From Octopus sinensis (lineage: Eukaryota): a DNA stretch of 64,000 nt. The notes beneath the pieces were generated by a model that was not told where the DNA came from, did no database searches, and worked only from the letters and a program-made list of their open reading frames with translations. The position numbers and the translations under genes are program-made. The DNA lies in contig NC_043000.1 of the NCBI RefSeq assembly GCF_006345805.1, positions 107,632,001 to 107,696,000 on the forward strand, given 5' to 3'. This document shows positions 54,161 to 64,000 of this stretch, piece after piece; position 1 is the stretch's first letter; each line of letters starts with the position of its first letter.

Positions 54161-54934
54161 AGAACTGGAGCTGGCATATTAATATACCAGCAGCTGAAAC
54201 TTTGAAAAAAAATGCGAGTAAAAGCTTTTAAAATTAACGGTTCTTTCTTTCCAAAAATATTGAAAAAAAAAAACGATGACATTTTATTTGGCAGCTGGCA
54301 AATTTGAATTGAGCGTCGTACATCTCTAACAGCAGATTCTACGAAAAAAAAGATAAATTAACAATTTATTGTAACAAGCAAAATATTCATTGTCATTAAA
54401 TAGTATTTAAAAAAAAAAAAAAGCAAAAACCGAACACAACAAAATGCTATGCTGCCAATGTTTTTTAAATACATTTTAAAGAGTATTGTAATATGTGTAA
54501 ATGACATCGATGTTTGAAAAGACAAATCGTTAGAGTAATACAGGGCAAAATATATGTTGTGATATTAATAAATGAAAATAAAGAGAAAAAGATGGTGTGT
54601 TACTTTATATAAGTTGCTTAATAATACAACAGTATCATAGGGTCATTAAACAACCTGTTTGCGTTTTTTATTTTCTTTTATTGACATCACATTACTTATA
54701 TTGCCTACTTTCATGCTCACATCGCTAAAGTTTTATTCAAACATTTGTATGATTTTTAAGAATGTGAATGAATCAAAATGAAAAACGTTGAGGTCTAGTT
54801 ACATGGTGTCTGAAATAATACATGTTGCTAGAAAAGGTAACTCAAGAATATGGTGAAGAACTTACGAAGTAATTTTTATTGGCTGACTTATACTAGTGAT
54901 GAACTTTTTTGAACTGATTTATTAATTCCTTTAT

Positions 54935-55340
<406 letters not shown>

Positions 55341-55943
55341 ACGATCAAATATAATTTTTCTATGAAGAGTTATTATAATCAGAAGGTAAGATAAGATGTT
55401 TTAAAGTATTGAAAGTCAACTTTTACAAAATACGAAGCTTCCAAATCAAATCGCTTAAAGCTACAATCGACAGCTATTTACAATCAAACCTAGTTCCTCA
55501 CAAGTCAGTTTCTTTGGTGCTGAACTAGATATATTCTGATGAACTTATTTGTAAGAAACTTAACTGAAAGACCTACAGAGAACCTATTTTTCGTATTGAA
55601 GTAAAGAAGTATTTGAACGATGGAAATAAACCTGTTTGATTAAGTTTTTAGTGTGCTACTTCCATGTTTCATAGAAGTATAAGATTCGTATCCAGAGTAA
55701 AATTAATTGCCTCTCACATACCTCATGTTCTCTGTAGAAATCGTAGGTAACTTAATAACTTAGGTAGGGTTTAGCCGTTATTGGCTCAGATCGTTCAGAA
55801 TTCAAATGCTACGAGGTCGACTTTGCCTTTCTTCCTTTCGGGGTCGATGAAATAAGAACTGTTGAACATTGGGGTCCAGGAAATCGGCCAGCTCCTTGCT
55901 CCAAAATTTCAGGCCTAGTACCTATAATAGAACAGTTTGTTAA

Positions 55944-56175
55944 AAGGCGGTTAGTTGGCAGAAACGTTAGCGCACTGGGCGAAATTCTTAGCAGTATTTC
56001 GTCTGCTGTTACGTTCTGAGTTCAAATTCCGCCGAGGTCGACTTTACCTTTCATCCTTCCGGGGTCGATAAATTAAGTACCAGTTACGCACTGGAATCGA
56101 TATAATCGACTTAATCCGTTGTCTGTCCTTGTTTGTCCCCTCTTTGTTTAGCTCCTTGTGGGCAATAAAGAAATA
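55944..56175 (+). mobile_element. SINE family A monomer adjacent to an older A fragment (~55795-55930)
   Basis: Complete head-to-tail match. Confidence 0.9.
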
Positions 56176-57148
56176 AGAAAAGATTGTTGTCTCAAATCAT
56201 GTCTAACCTAGACATGGTAAAATTTAGCCCCAAAAGGCGTTCATAGAAGTTGACTCTACGATATCAGATACAAATTTTATAAAATCAAATTAATTTGATG
56301 ACAGACTGTTCAAACTATTTTGTAAAGGTGACGATTGCGGTAGGTTGTTGATTAATACTGAGTTAAGGTGTCTGTACCTGACAGTTCTTTGACAACCGTC
56401 GTCCGTTTGTTTACGTCCCCTAACTTAGCGGTTCGGTTAAGAAATCTATAAAATAAGTACTAGGCTTACCAAGATGTAAGTTGACTCTACAATATCAGAT
56501 ATAAATTTTATAAAATCAAATTAATTTGACATATACACATATGCGCTCACATATAGAGTAGGTAGCCGAATTGTGGCACCAGGTTTATTGCTTGGGGATC
56601 CGACTTAGCTACAGACTCTGTTGTGTTTGTATGTGCTTGCATTTCTTTGTATATATGCATGCTTGCATGTGTATATATGCATGTATGTGTGCATGTAATT
56701 ATGCACGTATGCATATATGTCTATGCGTATATATGTGTACAAACACGTGCATGTGTTTTATGTATGAGCGTATTTATGCTCGTGTGTATGTATGTGAATA
56801 TGGTACGTGTATGTATGAATATATGTTTTATATATGTATGGGTGCATGCAAAGATGGTTGCATATAAACTTGTATGTAGGCAAGTATTCATGTAGGCCTG
56901 GATGAATGTATGCATGTATGTATCTATGTTTCCATGTGTATACATATGTTTGAATGTATACATGTTTGAATGAGAAACACCCCTTTTAATTTTCTATATC
57001 ATTAGTATTCTGTGTAATTCGGACCTTTTTATATATGTATACATATATATTTTCTCTGTGTCTTGTATTTAATATACTTTATATATTGTTCTAATTTGCT
57101 TTCCCTACATTTAATTCTGTATTTGTATATATGTATATATATGTATAT

Positions 57149-57192
<44 letters not shown>

Positions 57193-57202
57193 TATATATA
57201 TA

Positions 57203-57233
<31 letters not shown>

Positions 57234-57714
57234 AGTACCCAAATATGCCTCAATGTATGTACTAGGCATGCATTTATGCATGCATATATGCCTGTATGTG
57301 TGTGTTTCAAATGTGTAATTTCCTTGCTATTTCTGTATCTGTTGGGCGTCTGTCGTATGTTCGAGAACAAACTAAACTTGTTTCATCAGAAATTCAATAA
57401 TTTAATTTCCATTTCTTCGTTACTAGCCTTGAGATTTAAAAAAATGCTACCATTTCAATTCTACTTGACTAAATGAAGAGGACTCTGCATGGACTCCTCG
57501 ATCTTGTAGAAATAGCGGCCAGATTCCTCTAACTACACGTTATGCTTGAAAGAAAAGTGACACCTGTAGCATAGTGTAGTTTTTGATGAACTAAACACTG
57601 ATAAACGAAGACAAAAAACAAAACAAAGCAAAACAAAAGGAAATTGCTTGAACTGAGATCGGTCCCATATGCTTAATTTGAGTCTGAAAAAGTGTTGCTG
57701 CTACAGCTACAATT

Positions 57715-57716
57715 AA

Positions 57717-57748
<32 letters not shown>

Positions 57749-57814
57749 CTGTAACTACTACTACTACTACTACAACTGCTGCTGCTACAACTACTGCTGC
57801 TGCTGCTACTACTA

Positions 57815-57889
<75 letters not shown>

Positions 57890-57944
57890 TTACTACTACT
57901 ACTACTACTACTACTACTTTTACTACTACTACTACTACTACTTT

Positions 57945-57979
<35 letters not shown>

Positions 57980-58001
57980 TTACTACTACTACTACTACTT
58001 T

Positions 58002-58036
<35 letters not shown>

Positions 58037-58075
58037 TTACTACTACTTTTACTACTGCTGCTGCTGCCGCTGCTG
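57715..58075. repeat. (CTG)n/(CTA)n compound microsatellite with periodic CTT interruptions
   Basis: Direct reading; it produces the spurious poly-V/A ORF 57591-58241. Confidence 0.95.
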
Positions 58076-58334
58076 CTATCATTACTCCGCCTCCCGGACC
58101 CTCTTCGTACCCCACATCATCGCCCCTCCTCTTCACCGTTCCATTTTTGCTTCTTCCACCCATTTCTCTCTCATTTCCTCGTTCACATCCTCCTCCACTC
58201 CATCTATTCTGCTCCTGCTCCTCCTCTTTCTGCTGCTGCAACTGCTACTACTGTTCCTCAACCTTACCGCCTTCCACCTCCTTCTAGCGCTCCTCGTCGT
58301 GCCCACCCCTCGTGCGCCTCATTCTCTTCTTAAC

Positions 58335-58378
<44 letters not shown>

Positions 58379-58399
58379 TAATACTAATAATAATAATAA

Positions 58400-59108
58400 G
58401 AATAATGGTTTCAAATTTCAAAGGCCAAATATTTCGAGAGATGAGGTAAGCTGATTGCATCGACTCCAGTGTTCAGATGGTACTTATTTTATTGACCCCG
58501 ACAGGATCAAAGGCAAAATCAATAGTAATCGTTTCTACTAAAGGCACAAGGCCTGAAATTTGGCGGATGGGTCTAGTCAATTACATTGACCCCAGTACTC
58601 AACTTGTACTTAATTTATCAACGCCGAAAGGAGGAAAGGCAAAGTCGACCTCGGCGGAATTTGAACTCAGAACGTAGCGACGGACGAAATACCTATTTCC
58701 TTACTACCCACAAGGGGCTAAACACGGAAGGACAAACAAGGACAGACAAACGGATTAAGTCGATTATATCGACCCCAGTGCGTAACTGGTACTTATTTAA
58801 TCGACCCCGAAAGGATGAAAGGCAAAGTCGACCTCGGCAGAATTTGAACTGAGAACGTAACGGCAGACGAAATACCTGTTTCTTTACTACCCACAAGGGG
58901 CTAAACACAGAGAGAGACAAACAAGGACAGACAAACGAATTAAATCGATTATATCGACTCCAGTGCGTAACAGGCACTTAATTTATCGGCCCCGAAAGGA
59001 TGAAAGGCAAAGTCGACCTCGGTGGAATTTCAACTCAGAACGTAGCGGCAGACGAAATACCGCTAAGCATTTCCCCGGCGTGCTAACGTTTCTGCCAGCT
59101 CGCCGCCT
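58400..59108 (-). mobile_element. SINE family A multimer: head unit, two ~184-bp tandem units, and an older fragment
   Basis: Junctions at 58875/58876 and 58692/58693; the head appears only once (59060-59108). Confidence 0.92.
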
Positions 59109-59130
59109 TGGCAAAGTCAATAATAATGAT

Positions 59131-59175
59131 ATGAAGAAGCAGAAGAAGCAGAAGAAGCAGAAGAAGAAGAAGAAG

Positions 59176-59207
<32 letters not shown>

Positions 59208-59315
59208 GAAGAAGAAGAAGAAGAAGAAGAAGAAGAAGAAGAAGAAGAAGAAGAAGAAGAAGAGCAACAACAACAACAACAACAACATCAATAACAACAA
59301 TAACAGCAACAACAA
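59131..59315. repeat. (AAG)n/(AAC)n compound microsatellite
   Basis: Direct reading. Confidence 0.95.
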
Positions 59316-59835
59316 ATATGCTTGAGGGCAGAAAACTTGCTGTTGACATGGATTTAACTTTATACGGATTGACAAATTACTGCAAAGATATTCTTATCCT
59401 ATATTTAATCGGAAGAAGAAACGATTCCTCATTAAAAAACTAAACACAGAGGAAAACGAGAGCTAATTAAATTCGCTTGTATTTCCGAGTTTATTTCTGC
59501 CTGTGGCAAACAGCCATTAGCGATAGACTGTCAGCCTTTGCAACGGGTCAACGACCAGGATAGAAACATGAGGATTTTTTTTTCAGGTTAATTTCTCCAT
59601 TTTTTCTTTTCTGGCCTTCTTTCTTTTTTTCTTGCTATTCTATCATATTTCCTTCCTGTTTTTTTTTCTTTCTCTTCTGTCATATTTCCTGTCTATATTG
59701 ATATACACACGCGTGTGTGAGGTTAGAACTTCCTAACAACATGACTCTAGGTACAATTTCCACTTCGTGGTACCTTGGGAAAGTGTCTTCTTCCATAGCC
59801 TCGGGCTGACCAAAGGGTTGTAAGTTGGCGAAAGA

Positions 59836-60590
59836 CCTTATCTTCATCAGCAAGTTTTATCGATTGAAGAATTTTCAACACGCCACGTTGAAGTCTGTCG
59901 GCGTTTTTGCCAGAACCAGAAATCATGATCTAAGTATATCCAAGTACCAAAATATATAGCCTTGGGCTATATAGGTATGTTAAAAATTATTTTTCCTTTT
60001 CACCTGACTTTCTGATTTTCTGTCATATTTTTCAGTGTTATTGGCAGTTTGAATGAATGTTCTAACTCTTCTTTCTAGTGCTTAGGGGCCTTGTGTGCCA
60101 TTATGATTGATATAAATTTTTATCCTATAGCTATCTAATTCTATTTTAGGCTTGCAACGACCCATATTATTATTGTTGTTATTATCAACTATCTATATTT
60201 ACCGCAGATAATAATAACAACAATAATATCTATATAAATATTCACCTCTGAATATTTACTCCTTATTAATATTTTTACACTGATGCTGTTCCAATTTTGG
60301 CGCAAAGCAATCCAGAACGCCGGTAGACTTCAACGTGATGTGTTGAAAATTTTTTCAATCGGTAATACTTGCTGATGAAGGTAAGCTTTTTTGCCAGAAC
60401 CAGAAATCACGATCCAAGTATATCCAAATACAAAAATATATAACATTGAGCTATATAGGTATGTTAAAAATTCTTTAACCCGTTCGCCCAACTACTGTTG
60501 ATTTTCTGTCGTATTTATCAGTATTATTGCTGGTTTGAAAAAGGGTTCTAACTCTTTTTTCTAGCAGGTAGGCGCCTTGCGCGCTCTTAT
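59836..60590. mobile_element. Two copies of a PLE-type pseudo-LTR; in the first copy the 5' 70 bp are inverted
   Basis: 59836-59905 is the reverse complement of 60316-60385; 59906-~60105 is a direct repeat of 60388-~60590. Confidence 0.75.
60365..60421 (+). ncRNA. Near-canonical type I hammerhead ribozyme (predicted)
   Basis: 7-bp stem I ATACTTG/CAAGTAT; CTGATGA; stem II GGT/ACC with an A.A at its base; GAAA; stem III ATCACGAT; AUC cleavage triplet. Confidence 0.6.
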
Positions 60591-60591
60591 A

Positions 60592-60632
<41 letters not shown>

Positions 60633-60921
60633 TAATAACAGTAGGGAATATAATTCCAAAATTTCACTTAGCAATTCTAAATCAAATTTCACAATATATA
60701 ATATATGTATATAATTAAGAGAAATAACCTCTATTAAGTAATTCAATAGTGAAAGACATTATCCATATCATATAGAAAAAAATTAAATATACTGTAATAA
60801 ATATTATTCAAAAAACCACTAAATTGAATAATTAAATAAACATTTATTTATGTTTTTAACCCCTACTATGATACTCGGCACTCCTTTGTCGGACAGTCAA
60901 CACTAATAATGTGTATATATT

Positions 60922-61122
60922 AAGGCGGCGAGCTGGCAGAAACGTTAGCACGCCATTACGTTCTGAGTTCAAATTCCGCCGACGTCGACATTGCCTTTCA
61001 TCCTTTCGGGGTCGATAAATTAGGTACCAGTATGCACTACGGTCGATGTAATCGACTTAATCCGTTTGTCTGTCCTTGTTTGTCCGCTCTATGTTTAGCC
61101 CCTTGTGGGTAGTAAAGAAATA
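60922..61122 (+). mobile_element. SINE family A with the anticodon-arm hairpin deleted
   Basis: gcacgcc joins directly to attacgttctgag; the rest is complete. Confidence 0.88.
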
Positions 61123-61129
61123 TGTAATC

Positions 61130-61160
<31 letters not shown>

Positions 61161-62184
61161 ATAATTATATATACATATATATATAATGTTTGTTTAATTT
61201 AGGGATTTTTTAAATAATATTTATTCTAGTATATTAAAATTTTTTTCTCTATGATATGGATGATGTCTTTCAATATTGAATTACTTGACAGATGTTATTT
61301 CTCTTAATTATATGCATACATACATATACATATTATTATATATATATATATAATATATATATATATACATACACGACAAAGAAGTGCCGAGTATCATAGT
61401 AAGGGTTAAAAACATAACTAAATTTTGTTTTAGCCAAGTCAGCGTGCGTCTTGCTACTCCGAAGCAAGTCATGAATATGCATACAGTCGAACACACATAT
61501 ACACATGTATTTCTATATTCGTGCACACATACTCGTACATACACACACTAATATCTGTGTATTCTGTTGTATGTGTTAAGCGTGATACCACCAAAATTTA
61601 ACACCGGGGAATGACCTACATGATATTCCATTCATATACAGTGAAACTCTGCCTGCAAAAGCTATTGACCAGAATATGCTATAAACCGATCAAATTTACT
61701 TGCTTACCTATGCAACGTGGAGGATTATATTTAATCAACTAGCGTGTCTATTTTTGAGGCTTTCTATAATTCCTTCGGAAAAACAGCAATATAGTGTTAA
61801 ATCATGTATGGATCTTACAACAAACTCGGATGTCCAAAGATCAACAGAAGAACGTATGAACTATCGGCATATTTGTTAAGGATGAAAACCTACACATGCG
61901 TGTAAACAGATTTAACATTGACTCCATACGTTCCTATCATGCAGCGTAGCAGCTTCGTGATTTCACGGTATCAAGCACTTGAGCTTAACTAATAAAATCT
62001 ATTCTTTGACTTGATATTATTCCATAGACATTCTTATAAAACGAATACAGTGAAACAATCACGTAAGAATAGTCAATTGTTTGTAGATCCATGCGCCAGT
62101 GGATGCTGATGTACAAAAGATTATCAGAGATCAAATGTCCTTTGTGAAATATAAGTAGGGAACACGCAGGCGTGTGTGTGTGTT

Positions 62185-62595
62185 AGGAAGCTTGCTTTCC
62201 TTTCACATGATTCCGTGAACAGCCCAACTGCGTGACACCTTGGGCAAGTGTCTTCTACTATAATATCGGGCCAACCAAAGCCTCGTAAATGGATTTGGTA
62301 GACGGACAGTGAAAGTGTATATATCAATATATGTACATATACACACACACATATATATATATTTATGTGTGTGTGTGTGCGTATGTATGTATATATCTGT
62401 GTGTGTCTTTGTGTCTCTGTTTATCACCCCATCACCGCTTGACAACCAGTGTTGGTGTGTTTATGCCCCCGAAATATAGCGGTTCAGAAATAGAGCCGAT
62501 AGAATAAGTCCGGCGGTCGATTTGTTCGACTTAAACACTTCAAGGTGGTGCTCCAGCATGGCCTCACTCATATGGCTGAAACAAGTCAAAAAATA
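62185..62595 (+). mobile_element. SINE family B, older full-length copy
   Basis: Head remnant, ccttgggcaagtg, internal microsatellite, tail ggtggtgctccagcatggcc. Confidence 0.8.
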
Positions 62596-62847
62596 AAATT
62601 AAAGACTATACATACACATACATGCTGAAATATATGTTGGTGAAAATGTGTACAACTTGGTATCAGTGTACACCACGTTTTCCTACGAAAATAAATGTTT
62701 CCTCATGCTTAACGCTCTGATTTCTATATTCACTTCATCTTTGTTCTTTTACATATAAAAAGAACACACACACACACACATGCAGACAAACATACTCACA
62801 CACACATACAAACATACACACATACCAACATGTTTATAAATATATTC

Positions 62848-63478
62848 TTTTCTTCTCTAGGTACAAGGCACAAAATTTTGGGGGAAGGGGAAATTCGATT
62901 AGATCAACCCCAATACGCAACTGGTGCTTACTTTATCGACCCCGAAAGGATGAAATGTAAAGAATTTGAACTCAGAACGTAAAGACAGACGAAATACCTA
63001 TTTCTTTACTGCCCACAAAGGGCTAAACATAGAGGGGACAAACAAGGACAGAGAAAGGGATTAAGTCGATTACATCGACCCCAGTGCGTAACTGGTACTT
63101 CATTTATCGACCCCGGAAGGATGAAAGGCAAAGTCGACCTCGGCGGAATTTGAGCTCACAACGTAACGGCAAACGAAATACTGCTAAACATTTCGCCCGG
63201 CGTGCTAACGTTTCTGCCAGTTCGCCGCCTTTGCTTATAAATATATATTTCTTTACTACCCGCAACGGGCTAAACATAGAGGGGACAAACAAGGACAGAC
63301 AAACGGATTAAGTCGATTACATCGACCCCAGTGCGTAACTGGTACCTAATTTATCGACCCCGACAGGATGAAAGGCAAAGTCGACCACGGCGGAATTTGA
63401 ACTCAGAACACAAAGACAGATGAAATACCGCTAGGTATTTCACCCGGCTTGCTAACGTTTCTGCCAGTTCGCCGCCTT
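62848..63478 (-). mobile_element. Two adjacent SINE family A insertions: a monomer (63248-63478) and a dimer (62848-63231)
   Basis: Two heads; tandem junction at 62997/62998; three copies of a 16-bp target sequence. Confidence 0.9.
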
Positions 63479-63744
63479 TGTTTATAAGTATATTGTCTAA
63501 TTGGTTTTCTCGGATAGGTCATTGATGTAAACACTTCTGATGACGACCAAGAATCTAATAAAGTTTGTCAACATTTTTTCGATATATGCAACACTAGCTT
63601 GATTTGCCCAGTGGCATGTCTACTATGTAACTTGCACGCACCCCCACGCGCACCCCCACACATGTTCATAAGTATATGTCTATATATATGTGTGTGTGTG
63701 TGTGTATGTGTGTGTGTGTGTGTGTGTGGTGTGTGTGTGTGTGT

Positions 63745-63955
63745 GTGGAGGTGCAATGGCCCAGTGGTTAGGGTAGTGGACTCGCGGTCGGAGGATCGCG
63801 GATTCGATTCCCAGACCTGGTGTTGTGCGTGTTTATTGAGCGAAAACACCTAAAAGCTCCACGAGCCTCCAGCAGGGGACGGTGGCGATCCCGTTGTACT
63901 CTTTCTCTCACTCGGGAAACCGGGCCCATGAGCCTAGGTAGGCTTGAAATGGGCG
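63745..63955 (+). mobile_element. SINE family C with an internal deletion
   Basis: gtggaggtgcaatggcccagtggttagggtagtggactcgcgg head; gggaaaccgggcccatgagcctagg tail. Confidence 0.85.
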
Positions 63956-64000
63956 AAAGAAGAATATATATATATATATGAATATATATGCGCCGTAAAG

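Noticed and set aside
55536-55562. CTGATGA...GAAAC motif
   Set aside because: Stems I and II cannot be formed convincingly. The similar partial motifs at ~20465, ~48122 and ~63539 are also too decayed to call.
57591-58241. 216-aa poly-Val/Ala ORF, the longest in the track
   Set aside because: Produced by the (CTA/CTG)n tract.
58692-59060. Regularly spaced repeats suggestive of a CRISPR array or a hammerhead retrozyme
   Set aside because: Units are contiguous ~184-bp SINE bodies without unique spacers, the context is eukaryotic, and no CUGANGA core is present in the unit.
58477-59208. ORFs with repeated RPRKDERQSRPRRNLNSER peptides (also 63084-63311)
   Set aside because: Antisense translations of tandem SINE units.

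Overview
AT-rich, repeat-saturated eukaryotic genomic DNA, most likely an octopus (coleoid cephalopod). That assignment is inferred from the SINE families and the extreme microsatellite load. No intact host gene is visible; the only host-like coding signal is one isolated candidate exon or pseudogene piece at ~40.1-40.35 kb. The window is a mosaic of: (i) RLE-type non-LTR retrotransposons of the R4/Dong clade (three copies, associated with (AAT)n or (AAG)n microsatellites); (ii) remnants of CR1/Jockey-group and RTE LINEs; (iii) several Penelope-like element (PLE) fragments and fold-back PLE termini; (iv) three tRNA-derived SINE families, labelled here A, B and C, with about 25 copies; (v) decayed mariner, pogo and MITE DNA transposons; (vi) many micro- and compound satellites. 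The most striking unexplained structures are four. First, a perfect 182-bp inverted repeat at 32086-32529 in which each arm carries a complete type I hammerhead ribozyme fold. Second, another near-complete hammerhead whose sister copy is split by an inversion (59.8-60.6 kb). Third, three unrelated fold-backs that all have a 76-80 bp spacer. Fourth, head-to-tail 183-185 bp multimers of SINE family A that always rejoin at the same internal nucleotide. Most ORFs in the supplied track are microsatellite artefacts. Family and domain names come from motif recall and were not checked by database search.
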